Source: Octopus sinensis (taxonomy: Eukaryota). Taken from it: a DNA stretch of 64,000 nt. The stretch's first letter is position 1; the number at the start of each line of letters is the position of its first letter. Below the pieces are notes generated by a model that saw only the letters and a program-made list of their open reading frames with translations, did not search any database and was not told the origin of the DNA. The position numbers were made by a program, and so were the translations under genes. The DNA lies in NCBI RefSeq assembly GCF_006345805.1, contig NC_043019.1:24985360-25049359 (forward strand), in the 5' to 3' direction. Of the stretch, positions 14,559 to 27,130 are shown one piece after another.

Positions 14559-14594
<36 letters not shown>

Positions 14595-14636
14595 GAGGAG
14601 GAGGAGGAGGAGGAGGAAGATGATGATAACTGCCCT

Positions 14637-15187
14637 GACGCAGTACCAGACAGTAGCTCTCATGGCTTCTGATTTTAACTGATTGGAAGTGTTATCATGT
14701 ACATTGTTTTGTCTTGGTATAAAAGATGGGCTACAGCAAATATTCTGCTCAATACCACAGATGTGCTTGTCAGTTGTTTGACCATAACCAGTTGAGCATG
14801 TCCCTTAGTGGCTGATGATATGTGCATCTCTGACCACGAGCAGAAGTAGTGGGGAAGCATCATAGCCATTTGTTGAAAGAAATTCTTAGAGGTTTGGATA
14901 ATTCACCTTTGGAAACATGGGTGGTTCGTTCAACATCCTTAAACAGTCCTTATTCAGGGACCTTTTGAACGGGATGGGCTACTCGACCAGAAAAAAGTTC
15001 TAACTGGGCCCCCACCTACAAGGTTATGCGCTGTTTATCTTGATATGAGATCACCATGTCGCGCACATATGGTTGTGATGTATGTGCCTGGTGTACCCTT
15101 ATCAGACGGGTAGTCATGATGGGTGTACTGGGCTTCGTATATTTTACCCCAGTGTCACTTTGATGGCATGTACAGCTCTTTCACTCA
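14637..15187. mobile_element. Non-coding ~550-bp interspersed element next to (AAT)n
   Basis: Aligns with 63189-63563 (AATATTCTGCTCAATACCACAGAT...CACTCAATAATAAT). No ORF or Pol III boxes seen. Confidence 0.75.
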
Positions 15188-15398
15188 ATAATAATAATAA
15201 TAATAATAATCTATTATAATAATGAGCTTGTTTGTAAGTTTGTCCAAAATCACGCAATAAGGGAGTAGTAGAGTAAGTAATAGTAAAACAGAAGAGACAA
15301 AATGGTAATAACAATGTGAGAGGCATCTGTCGCTCTCCCTCTCAACAAAAACCTTTTTACTTTATTGATGAACGCTTCCTCTCTCTCTCTTTCTCTCA

Positions 15399-15430
<32 letters not shown>

Positions 15431-15508
15431 GTCTACAGATGCACATACACACTCTCTCTTTTTTACTCATTCTCTGTTTCTTTTTCACCCACTCTCTCTC
15501 TTTTTCAC

Positions 15509-15561
<53 letters not shown>

Positions 15562-15564
15562 CCA

Positions 15565-15600
<36 letters not shown>

Positions 15601-16043
15601 AACAATAACATTTTCATTTTTATTCGATGAACGTTGATTTTTTCTGGTAAACATTAATAACAATATAAGATAAGTGAATAAGATTTTTGCAACTCAAAAT
15701 TATTTTTTCTGTATCTCTGTGGGTGTTTGACTGTACTGGAAGATTTTTCTGCTTAAAAGCTTGCAAAGTTAATAGAATATAAGATAAGTAAATAAGTAGT
15801 AAAGTTAAAATATTGTCTATTGAAAGCTTGATAATATTGTCTGTTTAAAAAAGGCTAAATATAAAAGGAAGGTAATTATAAATATTTACAAATACTTGCC
15901 GATACAGTGATGTTTGTAAATATTTATGAATGAAGAATTTTGCCAAGGCAGTGAAGTTTGTCTTCAAGATCTTTTTCCGTTTCAAGTGGCAAAGAGTGAG
16001 AGAGAGAGAGAGAGAGAGAGACAAACAGACAGACAGACAGACA

Positions 16044-16085
<42 letters not shown>

Positions 16086-16233
16086 GGCAGACAGACAGAG
16101 ATCGAGAAAGCGTAGACATTGCTGGAAAAAAATAATAAGTCTGTGTATATGACGTTAATGTAATCCTGTGTAATTTTGGACTTTGTATGATTACGTACAG
16201 AAATATAAACAAACTAACGTACACACACACACA

Positions 16234-16272
<39 letters not shown>

Positions 16273-16330
16273 TATACTCATTTTTAAAAAGTTTGTGTTC
16301 CGTTTTATCAAATATACTCATCCACCAACT

Positions 16331-16802
16331 ATGGAGAATGAATCAGACAGAAGGCGACGGTTAGCCAGAGAGAGAGACAAAGGCGAAGAACAGCCAGTCT
16401 CGGGAAGAACTGGGCGCAAGAAGATTAAACAATACATTAAGGTTATTAAATCAATCACATGAAATGAGACAAGAGAGACGAGCGCAAGACGAATGAAGAC
16501 AGGCTCGAAGACGTCAAAATGAAGAGAAGCACCTAATTGCACAAAGGAAAGATGTCCAAAGAAAGAGAGCGGCACAAAAGCACCAAGATGAAACAGAAGA
16601 GCAAGCAGCAGTGAGGAGAGAATATCTAAGAATGAGAGCATCGCAAAGGCGCCAAGATGAAACAAAAGCGGAAGCAGCATAAAGGAGAGAAATCGAAAGA
16701 GAACATCGAGGAGAAGAATGGAAGAATTATTTATTTTAATTTTAATTTTATTTTCCGTATCATTTTCATGCCGTCATTTCTGACGACACGGGTACACTAT
16801 TA
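16331..16802 (+). mobile_element. Non-autonomous Helitron-like relic with STPR-like R/E/Q-rich repeats
   Basis: Frame reads ..DETEEQAAVRREYLRMRASQRRQDETKAEAA*RREIERE.. and the region ends in the hairpin CCGTCATTTCTGACG plus a degenerate CTAG end near 16800. Confidence 0.5.
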
Positions 16803-16829
16803 TTAATAATAATAATCGAAAAAACCTAT

Positions 16830-17930
16830 GATCTGATTCAACAATAGCATGAATAGATTACGAAAAAGCATGTGGCATGATCCCACACTCATGGATAAGT
16901 GAATGTTTGAGTATGTTCAGAACAGAAGACAACATAAGAGAATTAATTAGCTGTAGCATGAAGAAATGGAAAGTAGATCTCTACTCAGGTGACACAGCCT
17001 TAGGGAAGGTCGGTATCAAAAGTCGAATTTTCCAGGACTTATTATCCCCTTTAACATTTTAACATGTGAAAGATTTAGAATAAAATCTATACTTATTTCT
17101 TACTGTGCTCCATCCTTTTGCTAAATGAATTTGCTTTCCTGTTCCCCTGACTATCTGTCTATTCAGGTATCCTTTCTACTAAATCTTTATCTATTAGCAG
17201 ATTACAAAAGGAACAAAAGAAAAAATTAGCCTCCTCAGTTTAGTATTAAGGAAGGCAAAGGCAGGGTACCAGTTTAGAAATAGTAAGGGGAAAATTAACC
17301 ATTTGCTCTACATGGATGAGCTGAAGCTTTTTAGTAAGAATGGAAAAGAGATGGATTCCTTAATGCAGAATGAAAGACTCTTCAACAAAGATATAGACAT
17401 GGAATTTGGCATAGATGAGTGTGTAATATTGGTCATGAGAATGGGACAGGTAGTCAACAGCGAAGGCATCCAATTACCAGATGACCAGGCATTAAAATCA
17501 TTGAAAGGAGGAGAGAGTTATAAGAATCTAGGAGTATTAGAATCTGACAGAGTACTAACCACAGAAATGAAAGCGAAAATTGAGAATGAGTACATCAGAA
17601 AGGTGAGGAAACTAATGAAGTCAAAGCTAAATGGTCTGAATCTTATAAAGACTGTAAATACTTGGGCAGTATCATTACTTAGATACTCATCAGCTTTTGT
17701 AGAGTGGACAAAAACTGAATTAGCAAAGCTAGGCAGAAGAACTAGGAAGGAATTCAATATGAATGGAGGACTCCACCCAAAGTAAGGAGTAGCAAGTTAC
17801 TTACCTAGAAAGGAAGGTGTAAGAGGGTTAGTATCAGTAGAAGACCGCGTGGAGTTAGCTAGAGTAGATTTAGACTCCTATGTAGGTAATAATGAAGAAA
17901 GTTTATGAAGAGCTGCTAGAGTCACAGCAA
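16830..17930 (+). mobile_element. R4/Dong-like non-LTR retrotransposon RT fragment, interrupted at 17057-17229
   Basis: DYEKACGMIPHSWI, IFQD-LLSPL, KINHLLYMDELKLF, MEFGIDEC, YKNLGVLE, KLNGLNLIKTVNTWAVSLLRYS, LPRKEGVRGL. Preceded by (AAT)n. Confidence 0.85.
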
Positions 17931-18753
17931 GACATAGGGAAACCATAAAAACAGGATTTCACATCAGAAATCTTGCAAAACAAATTCATAAACGTAACAA
18001 CTGTAAAGGATTGCCAGTTTTTTCGTTCAGCAGTTGAGAGTACAGAGGTATGAGTTTTACGTGCGCACGTTCTCTCTGCCCTCAACCGCTTTGCTTGTTT
18101 CCCCTCTTTGATACTACGTGAAATACCAATAATTGTACCTTGAGATAAACTATTATTGCTTTGTTACTAACTTTCAGCATCTATAAATAGATTTTAAAAA
18201 TTACAGCGTCGTGGGCCAAAACCAAATGTTAAAAAGAATTCAGATTTTACGCAAATCCATAGAACTTAAAATAATTCAAAACATTGATATCTGCTATTAA
18301 CATGGCCTCCAAATGATTTTGTTGGATATTATTTTAATCGTCCAGTTATTGGTTATAATTCAAGACAACTCGCTTTCAATCATCGAATCTCCGTAACCAC
18401 AATTTACTTATTGATATTAAACTTTCTTCCTTGCTTTCGTGCCCACAGGCCTCACTGGTACACAGTTAACATCTATCCATCGTTGCTACAGTGATAAATC
18501 AAAGAGTAACTATTTTCAAAATGGAAACCGAAAGCAGTGCCCTTTATCATCGTCACTTCAAAACTAAGCATTTGAATCAGGAAAACTTCATGGCCGTTCA
18601 TCGCCCGCTCGCTTACTTTAATTTCAACACTTACCACCTCTCTTACTTTAATAGATTTATTTCTCCCAATTTATTGTGTTTTTCATTTAATAGTATGTCT
18701 AAATGCTTAGTAGAAAGGTAACTTGTTAACAAAAAACCAAAGAGAAACGCTTA

Positions 18754-18967
18754 AGGCGGCAAGCTGGCAGAATCGTTAGCACGTTGGACGAAGTACTTAG
18801 CGGTATTTCACCCGTCGCTACGCTCTGAGTTCAAATTCCGCCGAGGTCGACTTTGCCTTTCATCCTTTCGGGGTCGATGAAATAAGTACCAGTTACGCAC
18901 TGGGGGTCGATAAAATCGACTATCCCCCTTCCCCCAATTTTCAGGCCTTGTGCCTAGGGTAGAAAAG
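18754..18967 (+). mobile_element. Full-length Meta-like tRNA-derived SINE monomer
   Basis: AGGCGGCAAGCTGGCAGAATCGTTAG...GAGTTCAAATTCC (B box)...GAGGTCGACTTTGCCTTTCATCCTTTCGGGGTCGAT...GGCCTTGTGCCTAGGGTAGAAAAG. Confidence 0.85.
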
Positions 18968-20426
18968 AAAACGAAAGATAAGCACTTCTCGCTTAGTTCA
19001 TTGAAGAAAGAATGATGCAAATTTTAAACAGGTTAATGGTGATTTTTAAAATATGCTACTTTCTATGTGTTATAATTTCTTTTTTCCACAAACAGAATTA
19101 ACCGCCTCTAATAGAATAATCTCGAAAACGTAAATTGTAAATTGCTTAGCTTAAACGGAAAAGAAAGTAATATGATATATGGCCACTTACAGGGATGGAG
19201 CAATTAGAATCGTTAAAATTAACGATTAAAAAGATTACAGAACGGAAAAAGTGAATGCCATACCAACAGTCAAACTGTTTTAACAACTGGTTCAGTGACA
19301 TAGATGGATCACACTCAGACTATAGACAAGGGTAGAGGGCTACTTTGGCCTTTTAAAATAATAATACGACTATATAAACTTCAGGGTGCATTATGATTTC
19401 ATAGTGGTGGGGAGGAATAACATTTTAAAATTCTACTAAAGAAACACCATGGTAAAAAGGTTTTTTTCTGTTTGCCGTTAGTTTATTGAACATGGAATTA
19501 TTTCAATCAAAAACGTCGAATTAAAACAAAAAACTGAGAAAATTCCTCTTATAATAGATAAAGATTTAGTAGAAAGTATACCTGGATACACAGATAGTCA
19601 GGGGAACAGGAAAGCAAATTTATTTAGCAAAAGGATGGAGCACAGTAAGAAATAAGCATAGATTTTATTCTAAATCGTTCACATGTTAAAACATTCGGTA
19701 AAAGTATAATGAAAGTATTGAGAAGAGAATCAAGAGATAAACTATGAAAGTTTAATCCCCGCTTATCTCATCCAGATTTATTAATGTATAAAACATATCA
19801 GACATTGAACAAAGTTTACAAGCAAAGACTCTATTGGCTTCAAACAGGTCAGATTTTTTTTTCAATTTGCAATAGGTTGTACGGAATCACCTTTATACTT
19901 TTGTGGAGACTATGCAGAGACCTTATGGTACTACTTGTTTCCCACATAAAAATTACCATTCAGAGAGAGAAGATATTTTGAAAACCGATCTTTAGAAAGG
20001 CTATAAAAGCTGTTGGTGGAATAAATTTTTGGGGATCCACCAACCATAAATAAGATCTTTCCAATTTATGGAGGCTGCTTAAAGATTTATCTACAGAAAC
20101 ATTTAACTGTTGTTTATCTGTTCTCTTATTTTTTTTCTTTTTAGTTTTTGTGTTCTTGTTTGTTTTTTATTCTTCTTTTAGTATAAGGCTTGTTATATGC
20201 TTTACTCATTCTGTCATGGCTTACCAGATTTACAGGAATGTTTAAATTCATTAAATAAACACATTATCGATCATTATATTCCGTTCTTTATTCTGTACTT
20301 CATGTATTATTGTACTTTAAGGTATCAATTACCAAATTCACTTCGTCGCAGAACCCTTATACTATTTCCAAAATATCACAAAACCCATCCCTATATCTTA
20401 TTTTTAATAAAGCATTACTTTAGTTT

Positions 20427-20820
20427 CGAATTTGGCACAAAGCCAGTAATTTTAGGTAAGGGGCTAAGTTGATTACATCGATCCCAGTACTCAACTGGTT
20501 CTTATATTTATCGACTCCGAAAGGATGAAAGCAAAATCAACCTTGGTGGAATTTTAACTCAGAAGGTGAGGTCGGACGGACTGCCGCTAATCATTTTGTC
20601 CGGAATGCAAAATGCTTGGCGATATTAATATTGGTTTCAGATCTTGGCACAAGGCCAGCAGTTTTAGAGGAGGGCTTAAGTTGATTACATAGATCCCCAG
20701 TACTCAATTTTATCGCCCCCGAAAAGGGATGAAAGGCAAAGTCAACATCTGCGGAATTTGAACTGGGGTCATAAAGACGGACGGAATGTCGCTAACGATT
20801 CGGTCAGCTCAACGCCTTGA
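20427..20820 (-). mobile_element. Two adjacent older Meta-like SINE copies
   Basis: Two GGCACAAGGCCAG...GATGAAAG.CAAA.TCAAC..GGAATT blocks. Confidence 0.7.
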
Positions 20821-21595
20821 GATTTTAGATTATTATCAACATCTTATTTTTAAGAAGACATAAATATCATTACTAAGACTTTAAGCAACATTATTTACTG
20901 ACAGGATTTATTCAGATAAAAATCATAATTTTTTTAAATTCCTGAAAAATTGTGAATGCCATTTTGTATAGAATAATTTTTTTATTTAATGTAAAAAAAA
21001 AAAATAAATAACACTGAAGCAAAGTAACACCAAATATATAGTGCGTGTGTTTTTACTGGCTAAACTGGCAAAATGACCATTCCGAAATACAACAATGTCT
21101 GTTTCAACACACGACTTCACATAAAAAATCTTGCACAACAAATTTATAAACGTAATTTTTTTTATTTAATTTAATTAAAAGTCCTTTACCCAATGAAACA
21201 CAGCGATTTTTTCACAGGACTCTGGTGTTCTGCGGAACCCAATTTAAGAGATTCTGCTATTAATGAGTTCTCTCTCCAACAAGTAGACAATAGACATATA
21301 ACGTATTTTAGTATGTTGGATAACGATCGTGAAATAAAATAGAAAGTTGAATGAGATAGTTATCTTTATTAATTATTGTTATTGTCTCCAATTAACTGAA
21401 TTGTAAAAAAAGTAGCAGATTACAAAAGGAACAAAAGAAAAAAATTAGAACCAAGAAAAAAGCTAAGATGGGAGACGACTTCATATTTGGGTTGGCTTTG
21501 TCCCACATCGACGTCACAGCGTAAAGAAACGTCGAGACCTGCCTGTCACTCTGTATGACGATTCATGATGAAGGCGTTAAGTAATAAATGAATTG

Positions 21596-21733
21596 CTGGT
21601 AGGGACACCATATTTAATTTTGCAACCATGATATAGTACCAAGTATATTAAAGGTTTATTAGTCAATACTTTGTCCTTCTTTGTGTAAGTAGTGGGATTA
21701 TGGTTGCAAAATGAAATGCCGTGTCCCTACCAG
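21596..21733. mobile_element. Small MITE-like element with ~44-bp imperfect terminal inverted repeats
   Basis: CTGGTAGGGACAC..ATTTTGCAACCAT pairs with ATGGTTGCAAAAT..GTGTCCCTACCAG. Confidence 0.6.
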
Positions 21734-21974
21734 TGGCCAGAGATGTGTTTAATATGTAAAAATTGGTCTTTCCAATTGTGTTAGTGGCTATTTAAGCAGT
21801 GTGTTCGTGGATGACTAAGGGGTTGGATGTGGCGCTCAAATAGGCAAATACACGCATTACCTATTGTTCTATCTTCGATCGCATTGGTTACATAGACGTA
21901 TTCGTATACGAAATGTTGTAACTTTCAGCGCTGGCTCTAAATTCTACAGAAACTCTATAGAGATACATTTAAAA

Positions 21975-22365
21975 TAGTGGAGGCGCAATGGCCCAGTGGT
22001 TAGGGCAGCGGACTCGTGGTCATAGGATCGCGGTTTCGATTCCCAGACCGGGCGTTGTGAGTGTTTATTGAGCGAAAACACCTAAAAGCTCCACGAGGCT
22101 CCGGCAGGGGATGGTGGTGATCCCTGCTGTACTCTTTCACCACAACTTTCTGTCACTCTTACTTCCTGTTTCTGTTGTACCTGTATTTCAAGGGGCCGGC
22201 CTTGTCACTCTCTGTGTCACGCTGAATATCCCCGAGAACTACGTTAAGGGTACACGTGTCTGTGGAGTGCTCAGCCACTTACACGTTAATTTCACGAGCA
22301 GGCTGTTCCGTTGATTCGGATCAACCGGAACCCTCATCGTCGTAACGGACGGAGTGCTTCCATCC
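21975..22365 (+). mobile_element. Young family-1 SINE with 10-bp TSD
   Basis: TSD ACATTTAAAA at 21965-21974 and 22366-22375. Confidence 0.9.
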
Positions 22366-22617
22366 ACATTTAAAACAAAAATAGTAATAATTGTGTCTCA
22401 ACAAACTTTAAAGGAAGGCTTTAAATGTTGAATTGCTGAAGAACTGGGTCTATCAAACTCTTAATAATAATTGGTTCCATCGAGATTAAATGGCAGCGGA
22501 CCTTCTGACTTCAAGATGCAGCTCCTAACTTGGTTTTCATTTCCCGCTTTTCAAAGAATAAATGGTATTTTAGTATATTTGCTAAGTACCTGAAGAAAAT
22601 GGTAGAGGATTTGATTT

Positions 22618-22911
22618 CGTGTAGGTCTAAATTTCTAGATGATCCGAAAAACATAGTTTTGTTACTTTTTGGGTAAAAACAACAACAGCAACAACAACAA
22701 TAACGACTACAGCAATGCGAGATCCACCCAGAACGTACTCTTGTCTTGTCACCACCCCACCATCACACTCCACCCGAAAGTTCAGCAGACCCACATCCAC
22801 ATCGACAAATATTATTAAATATGCTCCTTCTTTCCTTCTTTATTCTATAACCTGTAATCCGATCTTGTGTATATATTGAATCGATAGCAGATCATAAGGG
22901 ATTTAAGTCAT

Positions 22912-23002
<91 letters not shown>

Positions 23003-23148
23003 TAGAAGGCAAGATGCTGCTCTTCCGTCATATGTGTAATCTGATTAATAACTGGGAGTGTGATTAATAGATCAGATCAGCCACGGAAATGGGTGCGCGG
23101 GTGTGTGAATCCACGAACAAGGTGTACATTCATAGGCACGTACGTATA
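22618..23148 (+). repeat. Copy 1 of a ~500-bp direct duplication (copy 2 at 37275-37754)
   Basis: Near-identical unique sequence with (CAA)n and (TAG)n tracts of different length. Confidence 0.9.
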
Positions 23149-23224
23149 TGCACATCAGAACATATTCACATAGTCGAGTGTATACTTGTGTGTATGAATG
23201 CAATTGCATGCATACACAGACGCA

Positions 23225-23247
23225 CATTATATGCATATATATATGTA

Positions 23248-23307
<60 letters not shown>

Positions 23308-23327
23308 TATGCATATGTATATGTATA

Positions 23328-23380
<53 letters not shown>

Positions 23381-23462
23381 ATGTATTTGTATATATATAT
23401 ATATATATTATATATATATATACATATACATATATATATATACACATATACATATATATATA

Positions 23463-23530
<68 letters not shown>

Positions 23531-23534
23531 ATAT

Positions 23535-23580
<46 letters not shown>
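23225..23580. repeat. Long (TA)n-rich microsatellite
   Basis: Directly visible. Confidence 0.95.
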
Positions 23581-23581
<1 letters not shown>

Positions 23582-24186
23582 TGTATATTTGAGTTCCGAG
23601 TTATAACTTCCAGTTCTGCACATATTAACTGTAATCTTTCACCGAGGCACATTTTTTTAAAGAACGCCATAGGCTGTGAGAAGTTTTCTTGAAGTCATTT
23701 CTTCTACATTGCTAGCTTAGTGGTCGTTTCGTTTCGTTTTTTGTTGTAACGAAGAGTATCCACTTGAAAACAATCAATTTTTCTTTTCGTTAGTAGAATA
23801 TACTTCATGAAATGAAATACATGATATAATTGCGATACATTTATTTAATTTGACTTGGTTTTCTCGTTCCAACTGTAGAGTCTTTAATGTTAATATAAAG
23901 AAGACAACGTTTCAGTTTAATTGAAACTCCTCAGTATGAAGGATTAAGACTCTATTATATTATATAACAGAAGAGGAAAACGTTTATGAAAAGTGATAGA
24001 TTGGAAAGATATTTGATGGAAGCATTCGACTAAGAGAAGTCATTTTGTTTCACAGATCATTAGTTATATAAGAGAGGAGTATACTTAAGTTTAAATTTGC
24101 ATACAGCAGTAGATATTAGAAAATTACTATTTTAAAATCTCACAACGAGAGATATTCAGCAACAGTACTTTGGAGTAAAGATTGTA

Positions 24187-24502
24187 TGCCAACATAAATG
24201 TCAGTCCTGGTTTAGGACTAATGTTTCTGTAATTTAGCTCCAGGAGACATCGTCTCCAGCTGGCTATATGACACGATCTGTGTCCTTATATTTTCAAACA
24301 AGAGAATCTAGCACCTCCACTCTGAATAACCCGGAAATCGCGATACACAGACATCATTTTAGGCTGAGTGGCGGTGCTAGATTCCCTTGTTCGTAAATAT
24401 AAGGACACAGAACGTGTCATATAGCCAGCGGGAAACGATATCTCCTGGGGCCAAATTACAGCAACATTCGTCCTAAACCAGGATTGCTATGTTATGTTGG
24501 CA
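24187..24502. mobile_element. Foldback MITE with ~138-bp imperfect inverted arms and ~40-bp spacer
   Basis: TGCCAACATAA..GTCCTGGTTTAGGAC...CTAGCACC.CCACTC (24187-24324) matches the reverse complement of 24364-24502. Confidence 0.8.
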
Positions 24503-25003
24503 AAATTCAGCAGTAGATATAGTTAAAACATTTCAAATTTGTCTTCTTGCTAAAATAACTCTTGCATATTACAGTCGTACTTAGAGCTCCGGTTATTTCG
24601 CAGGCCTCTTCTGAGCTGTACTTTTTCACAACTGACAGAAAAACCGAAATATTATATACCTCCAAGCACTGCAATAGACAATGGAAAAATTTACTGATCA
24701 CAAAGAAAATACATATATTAATTACATAAATTAGTACAGTATTCTGAGGACGGCGGGAAGCATGTTTTCTTAAAGAAGTAAAAGAAAATAAAAGAGTAAA
24801 ATTTTATTTTAGGTTCTATGTTGACTTACTTTAATCCATTTTTGTGAATCTCAGATTAACCAATCTTCTGAATTGGTTGGATGCAGCAATTCTGAATAAA
24901 TCAACATTCCTGGTCGAAATTTTGTTGGAGATTGTCAATATCTTTTTAAAGAAATTTATCCAAAATATACTGAAATCTTGTGAATATATTTAAGTATTAA
25001 TAA

Positions 25004-25032
25004 ACCTGGACAATGCCCGGCACATCTGCTAG
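25004..25032 (+). mobile_element. Helitron-type 3' terminus
   Basis: Imperfect hairpin CCTGGACAATGCCCGG followed by CACATCTGCTAG|T, similar to the 56048-56074 end. 5' end not identified. Confidence 0.45.
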
Positions 25033-25089
25033 TATATCTACATACATAAACCATTATCAGAACTTTCTCATCTTTGAGGTTGATTGACC

Positions 25090-25560
25090 ATCAGATTTCT
25101 TGTTTCGTTGGAGAAAATGGCGCTTTGTTGGCCACTCTGCAGTCTATTCTCACGTTCATCTTCGTATTGTTCGGTTGGTACCGTTTGAGAATCCATCATA
25201 GATGATCCATCTTTATTTGTATCAATTGTTCGCCAACGACTTCCATTCATACACAATGATGCTGTTTTCCAAATTGCCTTTGATGTATACCTTTGAACTG
25301 TTTCCTTTCTCGACCTTCGTATCTTTTCCTTTCATCCAATTTAATGAATGATCCGCCATTTTCACAACGTGTTCAGCTCATCTTGATCGGTGTTGTGTAA
25401 TCATAAGTTCAGTGCATATTCACTTGTTTCAGCATTAAACAAGCTAATATTTGATATTAACTTGTTTAACCATTCTGACATTCTTCCATTTACTCTGCTA
25501 TTGGGTGGGCATGAATTTCCTCGGACATTTCTAATGGTATATTTCCCCTTTGTGGAGATT
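25090..25560 (-). mobile_element. Decayed RTE-clade LINE 3' fragment
   Basis: AEHVVKMADH..KRYEGRERKQFKG..IWKTASLCMNGSRWRT resembles GHVVRMDD..GRPRLRFKD..WETLAQDRSRWR. Confidence 0.55.
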
Positions 25561-26060
25561 TTGCCTAAATCTTATCCAGGTTTATTACAGTAAATATTTC
25601 TTGAGTAGCTTATTTCGCTAATGTAAGCCTTCGGAACCTCGGCTGGGAAAGCGCGATACGAGTTATATATGTTGATTCTAGAGGAGAAAAGATTACAGGG
25701 AAAATCTAAGGTCTTCCTTTCAAAATATATATTAAATATCCATCCCTCAGATTACTATCATAATTTTTTCAAACTTAATTCAAACATTCGCTTTATTTTT
25801 AAAAGCTTTCAACTTAATTAACCCCCGCCCCAATCTGATAGTAACCCCCAGTTACATCCTTTGCACTCTAAAATTTTATAGAAACCTTGCAGATTTTCTT
25901 ATTTAGAGTTTTTTTTTATTCTTAACTCTTTCAAAATATTTACCATATTATCTCACACCTTTTCATATTTCACTGCTTAAACAGCAACAGAAATAGGGCA
26001 ACAAACTTAATTCGCGACTGTTGTTCTTTTTCTGTCGAAAAATTAGCTTAGAGAGAGAGA

Positions 26061-26131
<71 letters not shown>

Positions 26132-26138
26132 TGTGTCT

Positions 26139-26186
<48 letters not shown>

Positions 26187-26920
26187 GTGTGTGTGTTCTC
26201 TTCTGTTTTTAATTATTTGAATTTTTCCAGTAACGAACGACTTAGTTTCTTACAAAAATACTAAACGCCATTGTTGGAATATAGATGAGAAAAATATCAC
26301 ATTTTAAATTTGAAAAATATCTTACATATTTTTATTGTTTCGCTTACAGGTTGTATTTGTAATATGCGTGTCAGCAGGGACATTTCTTTGAAAACCCTTA
26401 ACTTTTCCAGATTGTCGCTTAGGGATTTACTCACAAAGCCGTGTGCAACAATTTATTGGTATAAATGTGAATTTATAATATGCGTGTAGAAGCTGAAGGT
26501 TTGTGTGTATGTATGCGTGTATGCATGCGTGCTTGTATGCATATATGTATGTTCGTACGTATGTCCATGGGTATAAGTATGTATGTGTGTATGTATGTGT
26601 ACGTATCGCTCAGGATTGTCGAAGCGCATAAGAATGCGTAGGGAAAAATCATCAGAATGATTTCAGAACAACCAAGAATTCAGCAGAATTTGTATGAATG
26701 TCCAATCTGCAACAAAATTCAAGAAGTTGCTGGCAAGATTCAAGGGTCATCATTGTCGTTCTCACATGTAATGCTGTGATACATTTTATTCAGTCAGCCA
26801 TACTCGATTAACAAACTGATAGCCATCATTTATGTATGTATGTATGTATGTATGTATGCATGTATGTATGTATGTATGTATGTATGTATGTATGTATGCA
26901 TGAATGTATGTATGTATGTA

Positions 26921-27130
26921 AAGTTAATCCAAACATGAAAACACAAAGAGGAAACACACCAACGCGAGGACGTGGAACAAATATAGTATTATTGGACGCT
27001 CAGGAAGGAAGGAAAGAAGGAGGGTTTAACGTTTCGAGTGGAGCTCTTCGTCAGAAACATAGGAAAAGGAAAGATCCAGAGAAGGGAAGACGGAGGAAAA
27101 AAAATCGCCAACGGTACACACGCGGTCACA
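26921..27130 (-). mobile_element. ~210-bp unit between (TATG)n tracts carrying an intact hammerhead motif
   Basis: Shares GTATTA..GGACGCTC.GGAAG architecture with family A. Microsatellite on both sides. Confidence 0.6.
27024..27058 (-). ncRNA. Minimal type-I hammerhead ribozyme motif with canonical core
   Basis: GUUU CUGACGA A GAG-CUCCA-CUC GAAA CG U U AAAC: 4-bp stem I, complete core, extra A after A9, 3-bp stem II, palindromic AACGUU stem III. Confidence 0.7.
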
